From the NCBI GenBank assembly GCA_963723005.1, contig CAVRPA010000006.1, positions 10,580-74,579 on the forward strand: DNA of 64,000 nucleotides, written 5' to 3'. A model generated the notes under the pieces. That model searched no databases and was not told where the DNA came from. It saw nothing but the letters and a program-made list of their open reading frames with translations. The stretch's first letter is position 1, and every line of letters begins with the position of its first letter. Made by a program: the position numbers and the translations under genes. Source of the stretch: an uncultured Acidobacteriota bacterium. Lineage in GTDB: Bacteria; Acidobacteriota; Vicinamibacteria; Vicinamibacterales; UBA2999. Below, in pieces: positions 16,212 to 27,503 of the stretch.

Positions 16212-18834
16212 ATGGCTCTGGCGCCCGGCACCCGTCTAGACAGCTACGAAATTCTGTCCCTGATCGGCGCGGGCGGGATGGGTGAGGTGTACCGCGCCCG
16301 CGACACGCGGCTGGAGCGCGACGTCGCCGTCAAGGTGCTACCGGTCGGCGTCGCCGCCGACCCCGACCGCCTGAAGCGCTTCGAGCAGGAAGCGCGCGCC
16401 ACCGCCGCTCTCAATCACCCTAACATCCTGCACGGTCTTCGACATCGGCAGCGTCGACGGCGTCGCCCTACGTCGTCTCCGAGCTGCTGGAGGGTGAGAC
16501 GCTGCGCGGCGCGCTCGAGCGGGGCGCGCTGCCGCCGCGCAAGGCCATCGAGCTGCGGCGTCGCAGCTGGCGCGACGGTCTCGCCGCCGCGCACGAGCAG
16601 CGGCATCGTGCACCGCGACCTGAAGCCCGACAACATCTTCATCACCGCGCGAAGGGCGCGCTGAAGATCCTGGACTTCGGCCTCGCGCGAAGCTGCAGCG
16701 ACGCGACGCCGCCGGCGATCGGACGATGACCACGTCGACCGTCAGCCGCGGCACGACGCCGGGCATGGTGCTCGGCACGATGGGCTACATGTCGCCGGAG
16801 CAGCTGCGCGGGGACGCCGTCGATCATCGGTCCGACATCTTCAGCGTTCGGCGCGGTGCTCTACGAAATGATCGCCGGCAAGCGCGCGTTCCACGGGCGA
16901 CACCGCGCCGATACCATCAGCGCCATCCTCAGCGGCGAGCCGCCCGAGCTGGAGGGCGCCGCCCGCAACATCCCGCCGATCCTCGACCGCCTGGTGCGGC
17001 GCTGCCTCGAGAAGTCGCCTGAGGAACGCTACCAGTCGGCGCGCGATCTCGCATTCAATCTCGAGTCGTTGTCGGCGATCTCGTCGGGCGAACCGAGCGC
17101 CGCGGGCGAGCGTGCGGCTGCGCCGTCACTCCTCCGGTGGTGATCGGGCGGTCGCGAGCGGCGTTGCTCGCGGCAGCCGCGTTGCTCGCCGGCCTGCTGG
17201 CGGGCGCTGCCTCGGCGTCGTGGACCGGCTCGGGCCGCGACCCGGCCGACCCCTCTGACGGCGTACCGCCAGCTGACGTTCCGGCGCGGGCTGATCACCA
17301 GCGCGCGCTTTTCACCAGACGGGCAGAGCGTCATCTATGAAGCGGGATGGGAGGGACGCCCCGCAACCCTGTATACGGCGCGAGTGGACAGCGTTGGCGA
17401 GCAGCCGCTGGCCACGGAGGGCGTCATCGAGGACGTCTCCAGCAGTGGCGAGATGGCCTTGCTGATCGGGGTTGAGCGGATTATCTCCTTCATGACGCAG
17501 GGGACGCTCGCCCGAATGCCACTCTCTGGCGGCGCCCCGCGCGCCATCCTTCAGCGTGTCAGCAGCGCCAGTTGGGGTCCCAACGGCCAGCAGCTCGCCG
17601 TGACGCGGATGTCACTCACCCGCCGCTGGAGCCTCGAGTTCCCGGTGGGCACGGTCCTGTATGAAACGAACGACTGGATTGAGAAGCCACGGGTATCGCC
17701 GGACGGGAGCCGTGTAGCCTTTCTCGAACACCCTGGCGGCGGCGGTGACAACCGCGGGCACGTCTCCATCGTCACGGCGACGGGTGAGAAGTCCGATGTG
17801 TCAGGTGAATACGCGGCGCTGGCGGGTCTCGCGTGGCACCCCAACGGGGAACTCTGGTTCAGCGCCAGTCGCAGCGGCGCGTTGATGCAGCTGTTCGCGG
17901 TCCGCCCCGGAGGCGAGGTGCGGCAGGTCGCGGCTCTCCCCGCATCAGTGGTGTTCCAGGACCTGCGGGCCGATGGCGCCGTGCTGCTGGAGGCTCAGGC
18001 CCGTAAGGCCCGGATGCTGGTAAAAGTTCCCGGCGAGGCGGACGAGCGTGACATCAGCTGGTTCGACTATCCGCTCCTGAGAGACATGTCGGCCGACGGC
18101 AAGTACATCCTGTTCGATGAGGAAGGGGAGGGCGGTGGCGCAAGCTACAGCGTCTTCATGCGGCCGATCGATGGCGGGCCGGCGGTGCGCCTGGGCGAAG
18201 GCTATGCCGGATCCTTCGCACCCGACATGCAACACGTGCTGACGTGGACGCCAGGCCTCGGCCGCTCCACGGTGGTGCCGATCGGGCCTGGGGAACCGCG
18301 AGTCGTGGCTGCCCTCCCGGACGGCTTCACGCCCATGGGCGCGGGGCGCTGGTGGCCGGACAGCCGGCGGGTGCTCATCCTTGGGCGCCCTCCGGAGGGG
18401 ATTCCGCGCACGTTCGTGTACGACCCGAGTTCCAATCAGACGACGCCGCTCACTCCTGAGGGTGTGTTCGGCACGCTGATCTCGCCAGACGGGACCCGGC
18501 TGGTGGTGACCGACAAGGGCGGGCGCCATCTGTTCACGATCGACAGTGGCAGGATGGCGGACATCAAGGGATTGCTGCCGGACGACCAGGTGGTGCGGTG
18601 GTCCGGTGATGGACGCGCGCTCTTCGTCTCGCGCGCGCTGTCCGCGCGTCAACGGGACCTGGCGCGCCTCGATCTCACCAGCGGACGGCGTGAGCCGATC
18701 GCAACCTTCGGGCCCGGCGGATGGCGCGGGTGTGAGCCTCGTTTCGACTCCTGTGGTGTCGGCCGACGGAAAGACATATGCGTATCATTATCAGCGTCCT
18801 CTCGGATCTCTTCTTCGCCACCGGCCTGAAATAA
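16212..18834 (+). pseudogene. Ser/Thr protein kinase - TM - TolB-like beta-propeller gene, heavily frameshifted
   Basis: Kinase motifs are scattered over all three frames ([39 protein letters not shown]). A TM segment follows, then a 1.4-kb propeller ORF. I trace at least 10 frame changes. Confidence 0.8.
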
Positions 18835-18855
18835 CGCGACGTTCTGGAGGCACTC

Positions 18856-20882
18856 ATGACGCGCTCCGTGTTGCGAACACCCGCGACCCTGTTCGCCGCT
18901 TCGCTGTGCTGGATGACCGTGGCACTGTCCGGCCAATCGGGCATCCGCGGCGGCGAGTGGACAACCTATGGCGGCGACCTTGGCAACACCAGGTACGCTC
19001 CGCTCGATCAGATCACCGCCGCCAACTTCAGCTCGCTCGAGGTCGCGTGGCGCTTCAAGGTGGACAGCCTCGGCCCCAGGCCGGAGTTCAACCTCCAATC
19101 GACGCCGCTCATGGTGAAGGGGGTGCTGTACTCAACGGGCGGCACGAGGCGAGCCGTGGTCGCGCTCGACGCCGCCACCGGCGAGCAGTTGTGGATGCAC
19201 AGCGAGCACGAGGGGCGCGCGTGGGGCGGCCGCCCCGCGGCAGTTCTCCGGACGTGGGCTCGCGTATTGGACTGACGGCACCGAAGAGCGCATCCTCTAC
19301 GTCACACCCGGGTACCGGCTCGTCGCACTCGACGCAAAGACCGGGATGCGCGTCCCTGGATTCGGGAACGCCGGCATCGTCGATCTCAAGGAGGGGCTCG
19401 ATCAGATCGTGGACCCGATGTCGGGCGAGATCGGCTTGCACGCGGCTCCAGTGGTCGCCAGGAATGTGGTCATCGTCGGCGCGGCCGGGCGTTCCGGCGG
19501 CGTGCCCACCGGGCGTACGAACGTCAAGGGATTCGTCCGCGGCTTCGACGTCCGCACCGGAAAGCGGCTCTGGATCTTCCACACGATTCCCGAGCCCGGG
19601 GAGTTCGGCAACAACACCTGGGAGAAAGACTCCTGGTCGTACACCGGCAACACCGGCGTGTGGGCGCAGATCAGCGTCGACGAGGAGCTCGGGCTCGTGT
19701 ACCTCCCGGTCGAAGTGCCCACCGGCGACTACTTCGGCGGGCCGCGCCCCGGCAGCAACCTGTTCAGCGAATCGCTCGTCGCCGTCGATCTGCAGACCGG
19801 CCAACGCCGGTGGCACTACCAGCTGGTCCATCACGGCATCTGGGACATGGACATTCCGTGCGCGCCGATTCTGGTGGACATCACCGTCGACGGGCGGCCG
19901 ATCAAGGCCGTTGCGCAGCCGACCAAGCAGGCGTTCCTCTACGTCCTCAACCGCGTCACTGGCGAGCCGGTCTGGCCGATCCTCGAGCAACCCGTGGAGA
20001 AGGGGACGGTCCCGGGCGAGTGGTACTCGCCCACCCAGCCGATTCCGACCAGGCCCCCTGCCTACGATCGCCAGGGCTTCACGATGGACGACCTCATCGA
20101 CTTCACGCCCGAGCTGCGCGCCGAGGCCGCGCAGATGGTGTCGAAGTACAAGTTGGGGCCTGTTTTCACGCCACCTGTGGTGAGCCGCATAGACGGGCCG
20201 CTGGCGACGCTCGCCATGGCAACGGCCGGAGGCGGGACCAATTGGCCCGGGGGCTCGTTCGACCCGGAGACGCAAACGTTGTACGTGTCGTCGAACCGGA
20301 ACGTCAGCCAACTCGGTCTGGTGCCCCCTCGGCCAGAGACGAAGAACGACTTGCCATATGTTCAGGGCAATGCGGCCAGCGGCGCGCGCACCACGGGCGG
20401 GTCGGGTTCAGCCGGTCCGGCGGGAGAGGGCGGCAGCGCCCCGCTCACCGTCCGCGGGCTGCCCATCGTGAAGCCACCCTACGGGCAGATCAGCGCCATC
20501 GACCTGAAGCGTGGCGAGATCGTGTGGCAGGTCGCGCACGGCGAGACGCCCGACATTATCCGGAACCACCCGGCGCTCGCGGGTGTGACCATCCCGCGCA
20601 CGGGACGGCTTGGGACGGTAGGCACGCTGGTCACCAGGACGGTCGTCATCGCGGGCGAGTCGGGCTTCGGACCCACACCTTCAGGCGCACGCGGCGCGAT
20701 GCTTCGAGCCTACGACAAGGGCACCGGAGCTGGAGGTCGGCGCCGTGTACATGCCCGCCCCGCAAACCGGGTCGCCGATGACGTACATGTTGAACGGGCG
20801 TCAGCACATCGTCGTCGCCGTGGGCGGCGCCGGCTACAGCGGTGAACTGATCGCGTTCCGATTGCCTGCCGGCGGGGCCTGA
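18856..20882 (+). pseudogene. PQQ-dependent dehydrogenase (beta-propeller quinoprotein), two frameshifts
   Basis: Signal peptide. Motif GEWTTYGGDLGNTRYAPLDQI..LEVAW. Frame breaks near 19237 and 20725. The C-terminus (MPAPQTGSPMTYMLNGRQHIVVAVGG) is readable in the third frame. Confidence 0.75.
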
Positions 20883-20995
20883 CCCTCGCGGCTGCCCCAA
20901 TCCGAAGACTGAACATACGCGTGAGGAAGAAGTGATTCACACGTCGGCACGAAGAATCGGGCGCGCGAGAGTGTCCGGGTTATACGGCCGTTGGC

Positions 20996-21844
20996 TTACG
21001 CGTCCTCAGCCACCAAAGCAGGGACCGCCTTGGCCACGGTTCCACCGTTCTCATCCACGGGCCGGCGCACGCCGTCAACCAGGCTGGTGCGCACCACCGT
21101 CACCAGGACCTCCGCCACTGGCCACGGCGCTTCGTTGGCGACGGCCCAGATGGTCACGCGTCCCGTGGACGACGTCTTGCCTTTCGTCCACGGCGTGGCC
21201 GGCGCGAACTCCGGGTAGATGAAGAGGTTCTCTTCGGCGGCGGCTTCGCCCAGCGGCGTGAACGTGAATCGCGGAACGATGTACAGAAGGCTGCGATCGA
21301 GCCGGTTGACCCGTGGGTCATCGAACTGGGCGCCGCGGCGGGCGACATCCATGCTCATCGCGACCAGGGTGTGCCACGACACGGAACCCGCGCTGTTGAG
21401 ATGCCGGCGGCGCACCTCGATACCGTAAGGATGAAGGGGCGGCTCGGGTGCCACGCCCGCCCGCCGCCGCCGCTGGCGCCGATGCACGGTGATGAGCGCC
21501 ACCGGCACGCGGTCGGGCCGCTTGACGCCGGGCGTGCGTCGCAGCACGTCGAACCGCATGACCAGCGCATCGGCTTCCAGTCGAGGGAGGCCGAAGTGCA
21601 GCTGTCGATCTGTCAGCCGCGCCGGTTGCTTGAACTCGAGATCGATGCTGGTAACGCCCTGCAGCAGCGACCGCTTGGCCAGGTAGTGCCACAGCGTCTC
21701 GATGTACCACTCCGCGCTGACGCTGCCGGCGGAGTTGAGCATGCCGGGGTCGATGATCCTGTGCCTGGTGTCGAGCACCGCCGTGATGGCCTCGCCGGCC
21801 ACACCGACCGCCCGCCTGACTTCCGCTGCCCGCAGTGGTTTCAT
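20996..21844 (-). CDS. hypothetical protein, possibly a tandem hotdog-fold (acyl thioesterase-like) protein
   Basis: Intact 282-aa ORF. Two internal repeats each carry LNSAGSVS in a hotdog-like context. The functional call is tentative. Confidence 0.6.
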   Translation of the reverse strand: MKPLRAAEVRRAVGVAGEAITAVLDTRHRIIDPGMLNSAGSVSAEWYIETLWHYLAKRSLLQGVTSIDLEFKQPARLTDRQLHFGLPRLEADALVMRFDVLRRTPGVKRPDRVPVALITVHRRQRRRRAGVAPEPPLHPYGIEVRRRHLNSAGSVSWHTLVAMSMDVARRGAQFDDPRVNRLDRSLLYIVPRFTFTPLGEAAAEENLFIYPEFAPATPWTKGKTSSTGRVTIWAVANEAPWPVAEVLVTVVRTSLVDGVRRPVDENGGTVAKAVPALVAEDA

Positions 21845-22035
21845 CTACGTCCCGAGACCGAGAACCGCCGAACCGTTGACCTGCAATTTCACGATACTCC
21901 GGGCGTTGGGCGCGGCCAAGCTTCGAGTGCAAACCGCCCCTGCGATCTCGCCGAAGCATGCGGTTTGACGCGGTCACTCGCGGCTACGGACGAGCTCTGG
22001 CGCTGATGGCCGCGAGTATGATGTTGCCGCCCGCA

Positions 22036-24100
22036 ATGGTCGGACGAACTATCTCCCACTACCGGATCGTTGCTCAGCTTGGCGCTGGCGGGATGGGAGT
22101 GGTGTATCGCGGCGAAGACACCCGGCTGGGCCGGGAGGTCGCGGTCAAGTTCGTCGTCCGAGGACGCCGCGCACGACGAGCAGGCGGTGCAGCGGCTGCG
22201 GTCCGAGGCGCGGGCCGCTTCGGCCCTGAACCACGCCAACATCTGCACCATCTACGACGTCGGCGAGGACGATGGCCACTTCTTCATCGTGATGGAGCTG
22301 ATGAAGGGCCAGACGCTGCGCGAGCGCCTGGCAGACGGGCCGCTCAAGGTCGATCAGCTCGTCGACGTCGGGATCGAGATCTCCGACGCCCTGCAGGCCA
22401 CGCACAGCGACGGCATCATCCATCGCGACATCAAGCCGGGCAACATCTTCCTGACCGAACGCGGCCACGTGAAGATCCTCGACTTCGGCCTCGCGAAGCT
22501 CACGCCGCACTTCTCGGGATCGGGCACGACGCACGAGATCGTTGACCACACCGGCGCCGGCGTGACGATCGGCACCGTCTCGTACATGTCGCCGGAGCAG
22601 GCGGCCGGCGAGCAGCTGGACGGCCGGACCGACTTGTTCTCGCTCGGCGTGGTCCTCTACGAGTGCGCGACCGGCCGGCATCCCTTCCCGGGCAAGACCT
22701 CGGCGGTGATCCTCGCCGCCATCCTCAACCGCTCGCCTGTCGCGCCGATCACCATCAATCCGGAGCTGCCGCTCCGCCTGCAGGAGATCATCAACAACTG
22801 CCTCGAGAAGGATCGCGAGCTGCGCTATCAGTCGGCGGCCGATCTGCGGGCGGATCTCAAGCGGCTGCGGCGCGACCTCGAGTCGGGACACTCGTGGCCG
22901 GTTGACTCGACGACGTCGGTCCGGCACTCGCACACCGGCGAGGCTCCCACGCCGAGCCGGGCGATGAGCACCGCGGGCAGTGGTCCTGCCACGGCCGCCG
23001 TCACGGCATCGCCAGCAAGACGCGCCGGCATGGCCATCGCCATCGTCGCCGTGCTTGCCGCTGGCGCCTACGGCGTGTGGCGCGGCATGGCGCCGGCCAC
23101 CCCTGCGACCGAGGCACCGGTCACCACCCTGTCGGATGCGGCGATCGACAGCCGCCTGTCGCTGGCACGTTCCAGCCTGAACGGACGGAACTACCGCGCG
23201 GCGATGTCGTACGCCACCTCGGTCCTCGCGGTCGATGCCGGCCACGCCGAAGCGACGCGGATTCGCGACGAAGCGCGGGAACAGCTCGCGCGCTTCGACG
23301 AAGCCGTGGGCAGGGCACGAGAGGAGTTGGCGGCCGGCGAGGTCCAGAGCGCGGCCCGCAGCCTCGAAGCGGCTCGCGCCATCGACCCCGCCTCGCCCGC
23401 TGTCGTCGAGCTGTCGTCGCGATTGTCGGAGGTCGCACGCGAGCGCGACGCCGCCGCGCGTGGCACCTCGGCGCGCCAGCTCCCCGCGCCGCCGCCCGCG
23501 CCGACGGATTCACGGCCGCAGCGGCCACCGGCCCGCGAGCCGGCCCCGGTAGCAACGGCCGCCGCTCCTGCTCCGCCCCAGGATCGACGCCCCGTTTCCT
23601 GCGACGGCGCTGCCGCCACCGCCCGCGCCGGCACCGGCGGCCACCGCCCGCACCCTCGCTGCCCGTGCCGGAGCCAACGGTCACCACCCCGCCTGCGGAA
23701 CCGCAGCCGAACCCGCCATCGCCGCCCGTCGCCGCGCGACCTCCGGAGCCAGCGGCGGCAACGCCCTCACGCGACGAAGCCGACGAGACGGCGATTCGCC
23801 GCGTCGTGGCGACGTATGGACGCGCCATCGAGACCAAGGACCTGGCGCTCTTCCGATCGGTCAAGCCGAACATGTCCGCCAACGAGGAGCGCAGGCTCCA
23901 GCAGGGGTTCCGGGCGGTGAACTCGCAGCGCGTGAACCTGACCATCGCCTCGATCGATCGCCGCGGCGAGACCGCGTCGGTCGTGGTGCAGCGGCGTGAC
24001 GTGCTCGAGGTGTCCGGCCGCACGCAGACGGCCGAAAGCCAGGCAGGTCCTGTCGCTCGCCCGGGCGGGTGACGGGTGGGTGATCGTGGAGATCCGATAG
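22036..24100 (+). pseudogene. Ser/Thr protein kinase with TM segment, TPR/coiled-coil-like region, Pro-rich linker and NTF2/SnoaL-like C-terminal domain; at least 3 frameshifts
   Basis: [13 protein letters not shown] is in one frame; [21 protein letters not shown] and SYMSPEQ are in another. Breaks near 22150, within 23570-23760, and near 24045. Confidence 0.75.
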
Positions 24101-24118
24101 TCGGCGGCATCCCCTGAG

Positions 24119-25456
24119 GTGAAGCGTATGGTCGGACGATTGATTCTCGCCGTGCTGTGCCTTGTTGCTGGCGACCCGGACCGCCGAAGCGCAGGATCCC
24201 TACAACCTGACGGCGCCGGTCCCCAACCTGGCGACGATCTTCACCGACCTCTTCGGCCCGCGCGGCCTGATCGTGGACAGCCTGGCGACGCTGCCCGGGG
24301 AGCAGGCCCACACGCGCGCACTTCGTCAGCGACTTTCAGTTCAACTTCGGCCAGTTCAGCACCGCGCTCGTCAGCCAGCTGGTGAGCGTGCCGCTGCCGT
24401 CACCGGGCGGCGGCTTCACCTACGAGTTCGATCCGTCGCTCGGTGTGTTCCAGCGCACGACGCAGAGCTTCGGCCCGATCCTGACGGATCGCGCCGAGAC
24501 GATTGGGTCCGGGCGGGTGTCGATGGGGTTCGCGCTGCAGCGGTTCACGTTCGACTCGGTGGAGGGCATCGACCTCCAGCGGCGTGCCCGCGGTCTTCAC
24601 GCACGACAACGCGCAACTGCTCGGCGGGCGTGAGGACGTGGTCACGACGAGCAACGCGATCAAGGCGGACGTCAACCAGTCCACGGTGTTCGTCACGTTT
24701 GGCGTCACCGACCACTTCGACCTGTCGGTGGCGGTGCCGATTGTCGAGACCGATCTCGAGATCGTCTCCTCCGCGCGCATCCAGCGGCTCGGCACCACCA
24801 ACGAGCTCACGCACTTCTTCCGTCAGTCGGATGGCAGCGTCGGTGTCGATCGGCTGTTCACCGCGGTCGGCAGCGCCAGCGGGCTGGGCGACCTCATGGT
24901 GAGGATGAAAGCCACGGCGTTCAGGCGCGGCAGCAGCGCGGTCGCCCTGGGCCTGGACGTGCGGCTGCCCACCGGTGACGAGATGAACCTGCTGGGCAGC
25001 GGCGCGCCGGGGCTGCAGCCGTTCGGAATCTGGTCGGCGACCTTTCAGCGTGTGTCCCCGCACGTGAACGCGGGCTATCGCTGGAACGGATCGAGCGTGC
25101 TGGCGGGGAACCCGGCGACCGGCGAGTCGGGTAACTTTCCCGATCAGGCGAGCTACGGCGTTGGCGCGGACGTCAGCCTCAACTCGCGCCTGACGGTGGC
25201 GTTCGATGTCATCGGCCGTTATCTGATCGACGCCGAGCGGCTGCGGCTCGAGGACTTCCACGGCCTCGACGGCAGTTCCACCTTCCCCAACATCGTCTTC
25301 GAGAAAGACTCCTACAACGCGCTCAGCGCCGCGATCGGCCTGAAGGGCAATGTCTTCGGGCGCCTGCTGCTGGACGTCAACCTGCTCTTCAAACTGGACG
25401 AGAACGGGCTGCGCGACAAGGTCACGCCGCTCATCGGCCTCGAGTACAGCTTCTAA
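24119..25456 (+). pseudogene. outer-membrane beta-barrel protein (phenol/MetA-pathway-like transporter type), 3 frameshifts
   Basis: Signal peptide MKRMVGRLILAVLC. Alternating beta-strand pattern. C-terminal GLEYSF. Frame breaks near 24160, 24310 and 24590. Confidence 0.65.
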
Positions 25457-25465
25457 GCGCGTGCC

Positions 25466-26365
25466 ATGACGACCCACGACAGCCATTGCCACTTCTTCTC
25501 CACCCGCTTCTTCGAAGCGCTGGGCCGCGAGAAGTTCGGCGCGACGCCAGCCGTCACGGCCGAGACCGTCGCCGAAGGGCTCGGCTGGGAGGCGCCGGGC
25601 GAGCCGCTGGCGCTGGCCGCCCGCTGGGTCGCCGAGCTCGATCGCGCGCATGTGTCGCGCGCCGCGCTCATCGCCAGCATCCCCGGCGACGAGGACTCCG
25701 TGGCCGTCGCGGTGGCGGCGCATCCGGATCGATTCGTTGGCTTCTTCGTCGTGAACCCCGTGGCCCAGGACGGCCTGGATCACGCGCAACGGGCCTTCGC
25801 GCAGCTCGGAATGCGGGCCGCCTGCCTGTTCCCGGCCCTGCATCGCTACCACCTGGACGATGAGCGCGTGCGACGGCTGTTCGATCTCGCCGGCCGTCAT
25901 CGCGCCGTCATCTTCGCGCATTGCGGGCTGCTTTCCATCGAAGCACGGGTCCGCATGGGCCTGCCCACCTCGCTCGACCTCCGGTGTGGCGATCCGCTGG
26001 CGCTGGCTTCGGTGGCGTGCGGCTATCCGAACGTGCCGGTGATCATCCCGCACTTCGGCGGCGGCTTCTTCCGCGAGGCGCTGATGGCCGCCGAGGCATG
26101 CCCGTCGATCCACTTCGACACCTCCAGCTCGAACGGCTGGATCAAGTTCGTGCCCGACCTGACGCTGGCCGACGTGTTCCGCCGCGCGCTGGTCGTGGCT
26201 GGCCCGGACCGGCTGATCTTCGGCTCCGATTCGTCGTTCTTCCCGCGCGGCTGGCGCAAGGTGATTCACGGTGCGCAGCGAGCCATCCTGGAGGAACTGG
26301 GCACCGAGCGGGAGGCGTGTCAGAAGATCTTCAGCGGTAATTTCGAGCGGCTGTTCGGCGCCTGA
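25466..26365 (+). CDS. amidohydrolase-2 (ACMSD-like) family metal-dependent hydrolase
   Basis: Intact 299-aa ORF. The N-terminal DSHCHFF metal motif is typical of TIM-barrel amidohydrolases. Confidence 0.7.
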   Translation: MTTHDSHCHFFSTRFFEALGREKFGATPAVTAETVAEGLGWEAPGEPLALAARWVAELDRAHVSRAALIASIPGDEDSVAVAVAAHPDRFVGFFVVNPVAQDGLDHAQRAFAQLGMRAACLFPALHRYHLDDERVRRLFDLAGRHRAVIFAHCGLLSIEARVRMGLPTSLDLRCGDPLALASVACGYPNVPVIIPHFGGGFFREALMAAEACPSIHFDTSSSNGWIKFVPDLTLADVFRRALVVAGPDRLIFGSDSSFFPRGWRKVIHGAQRAILEELGTEREACQKIFSGNFERLFGA

Positions 26366-26399
26366 AGCCAGTCGGGTTAAGTGCTAAGGTCATCTGGTC

Positions 26400-27497
26400 A
26401 TGTCCGTGGACCAGCCCGACCCGTCGCCCGAGCGCGAGCAAACCGACGAGAGCCTCCGGGACGAACGCGAGAAGAGTGACCGCGCGCTGGCCGAGGGCCG
26501 GAACACGGTGACCGACAGCGCCGACGAGGTGCTCCGCCGGGCGCGCGAGGAAGCGGATGCCGTGCTGCTCGAGGCGCGCGACAAGGCGGATCTCCGAGTG
26601 CAGGAGGGCGAGCCGCCGCTGGCACCGAGCGTCGCCGTGGCGCGGGAACGGGTCGCCGAAGATGCCGTGCTCCAGCAAGAGCGAGCGGCAGCGGACACCG
26701 CCCTGGAGTTCGAGCGCGCGCAGGCCGCTCGCGTGCTGGCCCAGCTGCTGCCTTCGAACGTGAGCAGACCGATCAGTTTCTTCTCATCGAGCGCGTGCGG
26801 TCGGACGATGCGCTCGCCAGTCGCGACGACTTTCTCGGCCTGGTCAGCCACGACCTGCGGGACTTGCTGGCTGCCATCGTGATGAGCGCGGCGGTCGTCG
26901 AGAAGACCGCGGCCGGCGGCGCCGAGGGTGCTCGCATCCTCACCGAGACCACGCGCATCCAACGCAACGCGGCGCGGATGAACCGGCTGATTGGGGATTT
27001 GCTGGATGTGGCGAGCATCGATGCCGGCCGCCTGGCAATCCGACCCGCAGCGAGGCGACCTTGGGACCGTGCTCGCCGAGGCGGTTGACGCCTTCACGGC
27101 GGCGGCCACGGCCAAGGGCGTCAGACTGACGCTGGTGACCGCTGATGAACCGCTGCTGGCGGATTTCGACCATGCTCGCCTTTTTCAGGTGCTGGGAAAC
27201 CTGATCATGAACTCCATCAAGTTTTGCGCCACGGGCGGCAGCATCTCCGTGCAGGTGGAGCGCGACGGTGAATCGTGGCGCTGCTCGGTGACCGACACCG
27301 GGATTGGCATCCCGGCCGATCAGCTCGAGATCGTCTTCGAGCGGTACTCGCAGGTCGGCAGAACCCGATCGGGCCTGGGACTCGGGCTGTATATCTCGAA
27401 GTGCATCGTCGAAGCGCACGGAGGGCGGATCTGGGCCGAGAGCACCCTCGGTGCGGGCAGCTGCGTGAGCTTCAGCCTGCCTCGGGCAGTAGCCTGA
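26400..27497 (+). pseudogene. cytoplasmic sensor histidine kinase, 2 frameshifts
   Basis: H-box FLGLVSHDLRDLL. N, G1 and G2 boxes (LGNLIMNSIKF, DTGIGI, GLGLGLYI). Three frames are used, with breaks near 26752 and 27040. Confidence 0.75.
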
Positions 27498-27503
27498 GGG
27501 CGC

